64,000 nt of DNA, from assembly GCA_951406725.2 (NCBI GenBank), contig OX597819.1, positions 35,898,001-35,962,000 of the forward strand, written 5' to 3'. Below, piece by piece: positions 36,017 through 48,128 of this stretch. A program made the translations under genes and the position numbers. Positions within the stretch are counted from its first letter, which is position 1, and every line of letters starts with the position of its first letter. The DNA comes from Octopus vulgaris (lineage: Eukaryota). The notes below the pieces were generated by a model that was given only the letters and a program-made list of their open reading frames with translations, made no database searches and was not told the origin of the DNA.

Positions 36017-36219
36017 AAATTGCAGCGTGGAAGGTGTTTATAAGCCATTTAAGAAACACACAAAACCGTTTAATTTGACAAATTAAATTTAAATGTTGAA
36101 GTGAATCTAACAGTTGTGTGTGTTTCTTAAATGACTTATAAACACCTTCCACGCTGCAATTGTTTTCGTTCCAGCACATGATCTCAGATCAAGTCACTCG
36201 TTATGCAAGTACATCTCCG
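36017..36219. mobile_element. Fold-back + unique tail insertion with 12-bp TSD
   Basis: TSD TAATTTCTTAAA at 36005-36016 and 36220-36231; arms AATTGCAGCGTGGAAGGTGTTTATAAG...AACCGTT inverted at about 36109-36161. Confidence 0.8.
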
Positions 36220-36934
36220 TAATTTCTTAAAGTTGGTGTGGTAGAGAGTGAGGTCATTTGCATCACAGAACTCCCCAATCAGTCCTAACTTTATGTACCT
36301 TAGCTATAGACTCTGATGCCAGCAAAGCTCTCATACTGTTGTCCAATATATCAATTAAAATCACCAGCCATAACAATAAATTCAAAGTTACAGTTATATA
36401 TTTTGGAGGATGTCTGCAGAAGAGTCTCATCAAAATAGTCTTTCTGTGTATCTTCCAGAGCTGACAGTGGCGCATAAGCAGAAAATAAATGGCTGCTGTC
36501 ATGTTGTTGAAGACTGGCTAGAGCTTACTCATTATATTGCACACTTTATTACATACCTTGACTGTTTTAATTACCATGTATATTAATTTCTCTGCTAGTT
36601 ATATGCTCATGCCACTCACTCCATCTTTGGTACCTATTCAGAAGGATTTATATCTTTGTTCCTTGCCTGTGAGGAGTCAGGCTAAGGATCCTTACCATCT
36701 TACTTTCTGCACACAGCACACTGCCTCTCACCTACCTTTCAGTATCTCCTCAATCTCATGCATCCTACTTTCCATTGTACTGACATTAATGGTAGCCATC
36801 CTAAAGATGGTTACCTGACAGGAAATGGGGTTGGAATTCTCATATATACACACACACACGCACACATAAGCACTCAGGGACACACACACATGCACATTTT
36901 CCATCTACTTAATTCCACTCATGAAGTAGTGATC

Positions 36935-37152
36935 CTACTCTTTTACTTGTTTCAGTCATTTGACTGTAGCTATGCTGGAGCACTGCCTTTAGTCGAGCAA
37001 GTCAACCCCAGGACTTATTCTTTGTAAGCCTAGTACTTATTCTATTGGTCTCTTTTGCCAAATCACTAAGTTACGGGGACGTAAACACACCAGCATCGGT
37101 TGTCAAGCGATGTTGGGGGGACAAACACAGATACACAAACATACACACACAT

Positions 37153-37223
<71 letters not shown>

Positions 37224-37390
37224 CATATACAATGGGCTTCTTTCAGTTTCCATCTACCAAACCCACTCACATGGCTTTGGTCGGCTCGAGGCAATAGTAG
37301 AAGACACTTGCCCAAGGTGCCACATAGTGGGACTGAACCCCGGAACTATGTGGATGATAAGCAAGCTACTTACCACACAGCCACTCCTAC
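36935..37390 (-). mobile_element. SINE family A, full length
   Basis: Reverse complement of 3183-3620. Confidence 0.9.
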
Positions 37391-37764
37391 TTAGCTTTTT
37401 AAAGCTTATTGCACTAAAGAAATTTTTTTTTTTTATCAATATGTTAAATTTTCACACCTAGCCATGTATGATATTGTACATCTATTTATTGATTCTCTCT
37501 TTGCTATTAATAAATTAACTGTTTAATGTTGATTGCAGTAAATGTGTAACATTAACTGAACAGCTAAATAAACAGAAAAACAAAACAAAACAAAAAAGCA
37601 GTGTGATATTCACAGATGTTTCTCATTGCTGAACATTAAGTTGTAGATGATATCTTTGAAAATCTATGAATTGCACCAAGTCGTTAGTTGATTTCATGTT
37701 ATCAGTACAAACTATGTTCCTACAAGATGTATTAAGACATCATCAATGATAGCCAAATGTTCAT

Positions 37765-38140
37765 TCTTTTCTACTCTAGGCACAAGGCCCAAAATTTTTG
37801 GGGAGGTGGGGCAGTCAATAAGATCAATCTCAGTATGGAACTGGTACTTAATTTATCGACCCCGAAAGGATGAAACGCAAAGTCGACCGTAATGACAGAC
37901 AAAATACCTATTTCTTTACTACCCACAAGGAGCTAAACACAGGGAGGACAAACAAGGACAGACAAAAGGATTAAGACGATTATATCGATCCCAGTGTATA
38001 ACTGGTACTTATTTAATCGACCCCGAAAGGATGAAAGGCAAAGTCGACCTTGGCAAAATTTGAACTCGGAACGTAATGACAGACGAAATACCACTAAGCA
38101 TTTCACTCAATGGGCTAACGTTTCTGCCAGCTCTCTGCTT
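37765..38140 (-). mobile_element. Compound SINE family B locus carrying both tail types
   Basis: 37765-37905 has the CTAGGCACAAGGCC tail; 37909-38140 has the Tx1-like tail. Confidence 0.8.
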
Positions 38141-38421
38141 TGATGGCTGAATGTTTATTGATTAATTACAGGATTCAAACTGAGATCAACATTTCAATTT
38201 GCTTATTGATATGACATGTCACTTACTACAACGGTAGCATTCCAAGCTGTTGCTATTGTTGTAAGAATAGCTGAGGAGTGAAGGGAGTGGGAGAAATTAC
38301 CCAGGGACCCCCGAGAGTTTTTAATGCAAATAATAAAGTGCATGCTTAAATACATAATGGTGGTGAGTTAAAAAATTTTAATTAATTAAAATGACATCTT
38401 TAATGAGACCTTCCCATCTTC

Positions 38422-38542
38422 CCCCGAAAGGATGAAGGGCAAAGTCGACCTTGGCAGAATTTGAACTCAGAACATAGCGGCAGACGAAATACCACTAAGC
38501 ATTTCGCCCGGCGTGCTAACGTTTCTGCCAGCTCGCCGCCTT
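38422..38542 (-). mobile_element. SINE family B 5' half
   Basis: ...TTCTGCCAGCTCGCCGCCTT. Confidence 0.85.
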
Positions 38543-38767
38543 ATGGAACAAAACAAAGTGACATGATCACCTAGTGTACACTGGGACTGCCCCTTCCGTC
38601 ATCACTTTAACTCAGTAGCTTGAAGATAGTGCCAAGGGTAGTACTGACGTTGGTACACTATTTAACTCTAAGTCAGCCCTCATTGAGCAAATCCATGATC
38701 ACAGGCATTCCAGCCATGGCCATTGTTTCTGGCTGTGTATATATATGAAGACGGATCTGCATACAAG

Positions 38768-39180
38768 TGAAGCATGGCTGTGTGGTTAGGCAGTTTACTT
38801 TGCAACCACATCACATGGTTTTGGGTTCAGTACCACTCCTGAGTACCTTGGACAAGTGTCTTCTTCTATAGCTCTGGGCTATACTACTATAGCTCTGTGT
38901 TTTGAAAGTGAATTTGGTATATGGATACTGCATGAAACTTATTGAATATATATATATTTACACCCTGCCTATACACATGTATGTGTGTGTGTGTGTGTGT
39001 GCATGTATATGTGTGCATGTGTGTATGTGTGTGTGTTTATGTCTCTGTGACTTAGCACTTCAACAAAAGGAACTGATAAAATAAAAACCAGACTTTGAAA
39101 CAAGTCTTGGGGTTGATCTGTTTAATTAAAACACCCTTCAATGCAGTGCTCCAGCATGGCCACAGTCTAATGTTTGAAAC
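38768..39180 (+). mobile_element. Degenerate SINE family A
   Basis: Head, CCTTGGACAAGTGTC and GTGCTCCAGCATGGCCACAGTC tail. Confidence 0.7.
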
Positions 39181-39382
39181 CGCATTAAAGTATACAGTAT
39201 AGTCAACAACTGTGTTTCTTATATAACTGTCTTGGTGTTGAAGAAAAAGAAAAGCATACCATGGTTGGAGAGTTGAAGACCATAGCAGGAATTCTGCCTT
39301 TTTTGTTTTTGTTGTTGTTATCATTTATGGATCTATGATGAAAGACATTCCAGTCATGAGGATCCTGTCATTGTGAATATAA

Positions 39383-39740
39383 TCATCATCATCATTTAAC
39401 GTCCGCTTTCCATGCTAGCATGGGTTGGACGATTTGACTGAGATCTGGCGAACCAGACTCCAATCTGATATGGTAGAGTTTCTACAGCTGGATGCCCTTC
39501 CTAACGCCAACCACTCTGAGTGTCTAGTGGGTGCTTTTACGTGCCACCGGCATGAGGGCCAGTTTGGTGGTACTGGCAACGGCCACGTCCAAATGGTGCT
39601 TTTTACGTGCCACCTGCACAGGAGCCAGTCCAGCGGCACTGGCGACGTCCTTGCTCGAATGTTTCACGTGCCACCAGCACAAGTACTAGTAAGGCGATGC
39701 GGTAACAATCACGCTCGAATGGTGTGCTTAACATGCCACC
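39383..39740 (-). mobile_element. RTE LINE 3' end (family C)
   Basis: Near reverse complement of 21037-21410. Confidence 0.88.
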
Positions 39741-40163
39741 CTTTTTTAATTAGTGTGTTTCAGATTGAGGGAGATTTGGTTGCTATTTCCATCAGGTTAA
39801 CTGACCACATAGAAATTCCTTCATTGACAGACTGTTTCTTTGTGTTTACAGACAGGTAGGAAGTTTACTCAGTCTATTGTGATTCAGCTGACCTATTTTT
39901 TGAGAAGAGGTAGAAGAACTAATTGAGGAATTATCTGCGAGAGGCCGAAGTTTAGTCTAGGATGAATGTTTATCTTGCATCTAATTAATCTTACAGAAAC
40001 GAGAATTAAGTGCTGACTCAATGGATCCCTGGAGTATTTGTATGAATAGATCAAATTTTAGGCTTGATGTATTTTGCCTTCACTGTGGGAAGGAATTTTA
40101 CGTATGATGATGTGTGTGTACAGTCAACTAAGAATGAGACAAAAATATAGTACCATTAATAAT

Positions 40164-40360
40164 GGCTTCAAATTTTGGCACAAGGCCAGTAGCTTTCTGA
40201 GGGGAGGGAGAAGTTGATTACATCAACCCCAGTGCTCAACGGGTACTTATTTTATCAACCCCAAAGTCAACGTTAGTGGAATTTAAACTCAGAGTGTAAA
40301 GGCTGATGAGATTCTGCCAAGCATTTTGCAAGCACGTTAATGAGTCTGCCAGCTTGCCGG
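40164..40360 (-). mobile_element. Degenerate SINE family B (alternative tail)
   Basis: TTCAAATTTTGGCACAAGGCC...TCTGCCAGCTTGCCG. Confidence 0.7.
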
Positions 40361-41278
40361 TTTTATGGTAGCATCCAATAATAATGTCAGTAATGTAACG
40401 AGAGTTGTTGGTCAGCCAGAGAAAAACAAATCTTTTAACGAAATAACATTTATCAGCTTGAATATTTTATCAGTTATCTGATTGATGTTACGGTTTGATA
40501 GGATTCGCTAATTAAAATAAATGTTATTAATTATATCAGAATTGAGAATTAACGCAGCAGAAAAGTCAATAATAATAGTGATATATATATATATAAATCT
40601 GTACTAATTCAATGTTAGATGGTAATTTAATTTTTCATTTAAACGGTGTCTAATTTTTCAGTATCATTTTTAGTTTCCTGACCCTGTATCCCACTTATCC
40701 CACTTATCCCAATTTTTGGGGGGGTTTTTGTTACTATTTTTGATGTTTTCGCTCTGATTATGAATATAGCAATAATCCTCTTTAATATCATTTTCATTTA
40801 CAACCCCGTATAGATATAGATTACAACCTCATATAGATACAGGAATAAGAAATTTCGTGTTATCTTTGAACAACATTCTTATAATGTGTGAAGTATTGCT
40901 AACCTGATATACACTTTCTCCTTAAACACAACTTTCCCTCTTCCTCTCTCTCTCTCTTTCTCTCTCTACTTCTCCTTCTCGTCTCTCTTCCTCTTCCACT
41001 TTCTCTCTGTCACACGCATACTACAAGCACACACAAACACACACACCAAACAACCACATCCCACACACACACAACACATGTGCACACACATACACACACA
41101 CACATATACAAACACATACACACACACATATACACACACATACACACACACATACACACGCACATGCACATGAACAGAATTTGGCCTTTTTAGAGATCAA
41201 ATACATCATAATCATGTTTGAAGTGATTTAAAAGCATATATATATATATGTATATTATATAGAGGGTACTATTACACA

Positions 41279-41760
41279 TAGATGCCGCACGCTAGGAGGG
41301 ACTTTTAAAGTCAAAACTACCAAAATAAACAAATTGTACCGAATGCAATCTTCACGCTAACTACTTAATAATTTCTTATGAAGATTTTATCCTATTTTTA
41401 AATTTATATTTTTCACCGGAATAGTTCAATACTGAATTTTTGTTCTGAGTAAGCACGTTGTTACCGAAATGCAGTTCGAAAAGCCCGCCATTTATATAGA
41501 TATGTAAGGATAAACATTTCTACAAGCTGCGATGAATGCTGCAGTTGCTTGTCTGGTATGTTGTGTTTGTTTATTAATACATGTCTTGAGTTCGTTGTAC
41601 TGAAGAACATAAAATGCATATACTGCATTGATTGCGAAATCACAGGTGATATGTAACTAAATTCTGTTTTTAAATGACTCGCTTCGAAGATTGCATTCGG
41701 TACAATTTGTTTATTTTGGTAGTTTTGACTTTAAAAGTCCCTCCTAGCGTGCAGTATTTA
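41279..41760. mobile_element. MITE with long perfect TIRs, superfamily unassigned
   Basis: 67-bp perfect inverted repeat at 41287-41353 and 41686-41752. Confidence 0.85.
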
Positions 41761-42497
41761 TATATATAAATGTATGTATGTATGTATATAAATTTATATA
41801 TATATGTATGTATGTATGTATATATATGTATATATATGTGTGTATATATATATGTGTATATATATGTATATATATGTGTATATATATATATATCTATATG
41901 TATATATGTATATATATGTATATATATGTATATGTATATGTATATATGTACATGTATATATATATACATATGTCTATATATATATATGTATATATATGTA
42001 TATATATATATATTTATATATGTATATATGTATATATGTATATATATATATATAAAACCATGGTAAGTCATTTCTCATTCAGAAGTCTTTACACAGCATG
42101 TTTGGCATGCTAGAAATAGCGACTAAATTACACTATAGCACATCCTGCAGTCTTAAAAGTGAAGGGACCCTTTGGAAAGTTTAGTCCTAGTTGTATGAAA
42201 TGGTAAGGAGGCCATGGCTGACAGCTGTCCTACAGTCAAATAATCATAACAAAAATAAACAAGTTATCAAATCTTTGCACGGATGAGTGACTGGCTAAAA
42301 ACAATGGGCAAATCTTTAAATATCACACCTTGCCATTTAAAAATAATTGGAAAGAACACACTAGAAAATGCCATAAAGGCATGTTTGTATAAACACTGTG
42401 GTCACGGTCGGAAGAGTCGCTGAACACTTTTCAGGATAGTGTGTGTATGTATGTATGTATGTATGTATGTATGTATGTATGTATGTATGTATGTATG

Positions 42498-42548
<51 letters not shown>

Positions 42549-42754
42549 GAAATATTAAAATAACTAAGTCTCTCTAAAAGAGAACAGCGGCAGCGTTCCC
42601 GGAAAATAAATAACTAATAGCTAACTTAAGGCGATGGCCTCATGGAGCTAATAAGCGGACAGCTTTTTTCTTATTTTTATAAGAATGCCATATTAGTATG
42701 GCGATAACTATTATATATATATATATATATATATATACATACATATATATATAT

Positions 42755-42819
<65 letters not shown>

Positions 42820-42857
42820 ATTTCGGAATGGTCATTTTGCTATATATATATATCAGA

Positions 42858-43088
42858 AGGCGGCGAGCTGGTAGAAATGTTAGCGTGCCGGATGAAATGC
42901 TTAGCGGTATTTTGTCTGTCGTTACGTTCTGAGTTCAAATTCTGCCGGGGTCGACTTTGCCTTTCATTCTCTCGGGATCGATAAATAAAGTACCAGTTTC
43001 GCACTGGATCGATATAATCGACTTAATCCCTTTGTCTGTCCTTGTTTGTCCCCTCTATGTTTAGCCCCTTGTGGGCAATATAGAAATA
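42858..43088 (+). mobile_element. SINE family B, full length
   Basis: Matches 5981-6211. Confidence 0.9.
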
Positions 43089-43125
43089 TATATATTAGAA
43101 GGTTTGGAGATGATGTACAGGTATT

Positions 43126-43405
43126 ATATATTAGAAGAAATAAGGTACTCAGAAATCTGGATGGTTTTATATTTACAGATTTTTATTAGTATGTCACGTC
43201 TTTATAAATCATATATTAGCGCTTGCATCCACTCTAGTGGATTCTTCAATAATACTATAAAAAGAGACAAATCTCCTGAAAAATTCAATCTGATATATAT
43301 ATATAAGTGTTAATATATGATTTATAAAAACATGTGACATTAATAAAAATCTGCAAATATAAAACCATCCAGATTTCTGAGTACCTTACTTCTTCTAATA
43401 TATAT
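43126..43405. repeat. Fold-back element with hammerhead-like remnant
   Basis: Arms about 43126-43225 and 43304-43405 inverted; minus strand TTGAAGA ATCCAC taga GTGGAT GCAA GCGCTA. Confidence 0.75.
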
Positions 43406-43422
43406 ATGTGTGTGTGTGTGTG

Positions 43423-43835
43423 TTAAATAAAATGAGACAACAAAACTAAGGCTGTGTGGAATTTATAGGACATTTATAAAGGGAAAGGTAGTCTTACAGC
43501 TGTTTCTGGGATATTAGGGATATCCCTTCATCAGAGATGATACGAGAGAGTTAACTAGAGGGAAATAGTAGAGTTCAATATAAGGAGTTATTTCAGAAAA
43601 GGCTGGATATAGGAAGTATAAAGGGAAATAAAAGAATAAAAATAAAAATATATGTTGGATGTTACAGTTGCAGTTCCATTATCCAAGGAAAGTGCTGTGT
43701 AGAATGGGTAGAAATGCTTCTTGTCCATGATATGTAGAATCCGATGAGACTTCATATTTTGTTATTACAAGTAGATAGTGTGGGGACATACTTAACCTTA
43801 TCTGCCACCTTGGCTCTTCTGGATACCAATACCTC
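43423..43835 (-). mobile_element. Family H1 Penelope-like fragment with hammerhead motif at 43491-43538
   Basis: Minus strand AUCU CUGAUGA A GGGAUAU cccua AUAUCCC A GAAA CAGCUG UA AGAC; collinear with 33531-33850. Confidence 0.72.
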
Positions 43836-44629
43836 TTATATATATATATATATATATATATATCATTAGTGTAACATATATCCCAAAAAGAAGTACACTC
43901 TAAAGCAGTGGTTTTCAACCAGGGTTCTGTGGAACCTTAGGGTTCCGCCAGTACAGTTCTGGGGTTCTGCAAGAAACTACATAAATGCTAAACTCGACAA
44001 TAATTTTTAATTCTCCTGTGCAGATATGTGTGTACATGTTAGGCCTACGTGTACGTCTACGATTTGCATGCCAGCGTAGATGGCCCTGATCCTTGGTGTG
44101 TACATGTATGTGCACATCTACGAGTTGCATGCCAGCTTAGATGATGGTTTAGTTTGCTTTTGTAAAATACGAGTGACTATATTTGGAAGAAACATTTTAA
44201 CTGCGTAAGCCATTTAGGTGCTGTTAATACGCCTTTTAAAAGATCTTTAGCTTTTTAAAACGCGTTTTTGTAAAATCTTTTTCTTGTATGACGTCTATTA
44301 ATATTTGGTCAAATGTAGAGATAAAAAAAGAAGTAGGGAAACTGAAACTAAATTATAGAATATGTAAATATGCATAAATATTAATTCCTTACAAATTTCT
44401 GAATTAGAACAATGAACAAATAAATGACATTTTAAATTCAAATCCGAAAATCTATTTTATAATTATATGCTTATTGTTTAAATATAATCAAATACCTATT
44501 ACTAAATAACATTAATTAAAAAAGCTAAATTTTACATCGTTAAACTTGCTACATTTTAAAGATCTTTTTGTCCTGCTACTATTAGGTTTGCTTTTATATA
44601 TATACAATTCTGCTTACAGCCTTGCATGT

Positions 44630-46700
44630 ATGGATAGATTTCTGAAAAAAATGTAAGTTAAATACAGATGAAGAGACACAGGGTCTGAGGCAGTCTGTTG
44701 AAGTTGCAGTCACTGCTAGTGATGCTGCTTCGTTGATATTACCAAGAAATGATGGAAAACTCATTTGTGGAATTTGAGCCATTTGATGAACAGTTCACAT
44801 TAACAGAAGAAGAAGAACTTGTTAGTGTTTTAAATGACAGAACATTAAAGTTGAAGCATTCTGAGCTTCACCTGAATGCATTTTGGTTGCTGGTTGAAAA
44901 GGAATATCCTGCAATCACCCAGAAAGCACTGCGACCTCTTGTGCAGTTTTCAACCTCCTACTTCTAAAAGTTCATCAATATTGTGAAAACTAAAAGTTCA
45001 TCAATATTGTGAAAACTAAAAGTTCATCAATATTGTGAAAACTACATAGCTCTGAGATTTACTTGGACTGGAAACCCAGACTGCTCTTCACCTTTGTGTA
45101 CTGTTTCTGGGGAGAAGCTGGCTAATAGTGCTATGGCACCAGCCAAACTGAAACGACACTTAACGACTAAACATCCAGAGTTGTCAGGCAAAAAAGAATA
45201 ATGTTTTAAAAGAGAATTGGCATTTAATAAAAGGCAATTTTCTATGTTTGTCAAAAAGTTCAAGTTGAGTGACAAAGGACAAGAAGCAAGTTATGCTGTG
45301 ACGGAGATAGTTGCAAGAAAAATGAAATCTCATACCATCACTGAAACTGTAATTTTACCTGCATGCTAGGAAATAGTGAGGATAATGTTTGGAGAGGATG
45401 CTGTATCAGAGCTAAATAAAATTCCACTTTCTGACAACATAAAAGTAGGTTCATTCAAGACATGTCAGGAGACATTGAGTGCAATATTAAGTCAAAAATA
45501 CTGAAACATAAGTTGTTTGCACTTCAAGTTGATGAGAGTACAGACATCACTGGTAAATCACAGCTCCTTGTATTTGTTTGTTTTATTAATGATGAAGCTA
45601 TTGTAGAATACGCCCTGTGTTGCAAAGAGTTGACAGAAACAAGAAAAGGACAAGATGTATTTGATGTTTTAAATTCATATTTAGAGTATTGTGGATTGAA
45701 CTGGAAAAACTGTGTTGGTATTTGTACAGATGGTGCCCCTGCAATGACAGGATGTCTTAAAGGCTTTGTCCCAATTGCACAAAAACAAATCCAAATGTTT
45801 CATTCATAGAAAAGCACTAGTTGCTAAAACTCTTGGACCTGAACTAAAATCTTCATTGGCTATGGTAGTGAAAATAGATAATTACTTCAAAATGAGGCCA
45901 CTTAAATGTCGACAGTTTGTGAAACTTTGTGTGGATATGGAAGCAGACCATCCCACTTTAATCCAGCACACAGAAATACGATGGTTGTCAAGGGGAAAAG
46001 TATTGTCTCACTTTTACGAATTAAGAGAAGAGTTACTGACCTTTTGTTTGCAAGAAAACCTGAAAGACTTTGTAGAATGTTTGAGTGATGACCATTGGTG
46101 TTCCAAGTTAGCATATCTTGCCGATATATTTCATGAGCTAAGCCTCTTGAACAATGGCATGCAGGGCAGGAACGAAAATATCTTGTCTTCTATTGACAAA
46201 ATAAATGCTTTTCAGAAGAAATTGACAATATGGAAGAAACACATAGCTGCAGGAAATTTGGAAATGTTTCCAAGTGTTTTTAAAAGGAACTGTCAAGAAA
46301 CTGCGCTACTGATTTTGAACCATTTGCACACTTTGTTAACAAACCTTGACAAATATTTTCCATCGATATCTGTTGACCAGTATGACTGGATTAAGAAGAA
46401 CTTGCCAGTGTTTTAAATGACAGAACATTAAAGTTGAAGCATTCTGAGCTTCACCTGGATGCATTTTGGTTGCTGGTTGAAAAGGAATATCCTGCAATTG
46501 CCCAGAAAGTGCTGCAACCTCTTGTGCAGTTTTCAACCTCCTACTTCTGTGAATTTGGATTTTCAGCCCTGACAGCCACCAAGCACAAGAAGCGAGCACA
46601 ATTGCTGTCTGTGGAAGATGAACTTCGTGTGTGTCTATCAAAAACACGACCCAATCTTAAAGAGTTGTGCAAAAAACACCAGGCTCAAGTTTCTTATTGA
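44630..46700 (+). pseudogene. hAT transposase pseudogene (SCAND3/ZBED8-like)
   Basis: BED-like PLCTVSGEKLANSAMAPAKLKRHLTTKH, FALQVDESTDI, GICTDGAPAMTG, TEIRWLSRGKVL, LAYLADIF, FSTSYFCEFGFS; stops and frameshifts. Confidence 0.92.
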
Positions 46701-46880
46701 GTTTTTGATGAGAATAAATGTAATCTATTCAAACTAAAGTTTTTTTAATACATGTTTTAATAATAACTGTAGATGCAAGAATAAAATTGCATATGTATGT
46801 GACAATTTTTTACTGTTTGTGAATTTATTGTAAATAAATCTGAAACATGAGTATTCTCATTTCATTAATTAAATGCTGTT

Positions 46881-47168
46881 GTGTCTGGGGAGAGTCATTC
46901 TCTTTTAGTGCCTTATTATTTAGCATTCACCGGTAAAATTTTCACTTATTTCTTATTTTTATTTTCTAAAATTTTCGTTGCGTCTTGCAACCTTTTCAAC
47001 GAAAATTTTAGAAAATAAAAATAAGAAATAAGTGGAAATTTTACCGGTGAGTGTGTTAAATAATAAGGCACTAAAAGAGAATGACTCTCCCCAGACAATA
47101 GAATATGCTTCAACACACGAACTCATATAAAGAATCTTGCAAACCAAATCCAAAAACGAAATATAATA
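46881..47168. mobile_element. Fold-back + unique tail insertion inside the hAT, 10-bp TSD
   Basis: About 100-bp arms 46882-46980 and 46997-47097; TSD AAATGCTGTT at 46871-46880 and 47169-47178. Confidence 0.82.
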
Positions 47169-47304
47169 AAATGCTGTTTTTTTGCATAAGACAAATTATT
47201 GCACAGGGGTTCCTCGAGCCAGTGGAATGTTTCCTTGGGGTTCCACTCCAGCAAAAAGGTTGAAAAGCACTGCTCTAAAGTATAGAGTAGTAATGTATTT
47301 ACAA

Positions 47305-47559
47305 GCAGTTAAGTATATGTCTGGTCATAGAGTGACCAACGGTTTTGCTTTCATAAAGCGTTTAGCTCTATGAACAACTTGTCAGATTCTAATGGTGAAG
47401 GCCAAATAACTCTTCAAACTGTGGAGGTAGAATTCTGTTACAGTCAATTAGTTTATTCTTTGTTTACTAACTGACTGTACTGGAATTCTACCTCCACAGT
47501 TTGAAGAGCTATTTGACCTTCCCCATGAGTTGTCCATGACCAGGTATATACTTAACTGC
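47305..47559. mobile_element. Fold-back element with CpG-decayed hammerhead at 47328-47391 (minus strand)
   Basis: Outer arms 47305-47328 / 47536-47559, inner arms about 47392-47452 / 47466-47526. Confidence 0.7.
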
Positions 47560-47591
47560 ATATATATATATATGTATATATATCTCCCTCT

Positions 47592-48128
47592 AAGGTGGCG
47601 AGCTGGCAGAAACATTAGCGCGCCAGGCGAAATGCTTAGCGGTATTTCATCTGTCGTTATGTTCTGAGTTCAAATTCCGCCGAGGTCGACTTTGCCTTTC
47701 ATCTTCTCAGATGAAATAAAGTACCAGTTTCGCACTGGGGTCGATGTAATTGACTTAATACTTTTGTCTGTCCTTGTTTGTCCCCTCTGTGTTTAGCCCC
47801 TTGTGGGCAGTAAAGAAATATATATATATCTCCCCTTCTCTCTACCTATCTATTTATATGTCTGACTATCTATCTATCTACCTACCTATCTTTCTTATTT
47901 CTTTATTGCCCACAAGGGGCTACACACAGAGGGGACAAACAAGGACAGACAAACAGATTAAGTCCATTATATCGACCCCAGTGCATAACTGGTACTTATT
48001 TAATTGACCCCGAAAGGATGAATGGCAAAGTCGACCTCGGTGGAATTTGAACTCAGAACGTAGCAGCAGATGAAATACCGCTAAGCATTTCGCCCGGCGT
48101 GCTAACATTTCTGCCAGTTCACCATCTT
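47592..48128. mobile_element. Two full-length SINE family B copies, tail-to-tail (47592-47820 plus, 47896-48128 minus)
   Basis: Both match 5981-6211; about 75-bp spacer. Confidence 0.9.

Larger units (their letters stand above)
43906..47272 (+). mobile_element. Full-length but inactivated hAT DNA transposon (Charlie/Buster type)
   Basis: TIRs CAGTGGTTTTCAACC / GGTTGAAAAGCACTG; perfect 8-bp TSD CTCTAAAG at 43898-43905 and 47273-47280. Confidence 0.95.

Noticed and set aside
45462-46700. Domesticated ZBED8/SCAND3-like host gene
   Set aside because: In-frame stops, frameshifts and a deletion, with intact TIRs and TSD: a dead transposon
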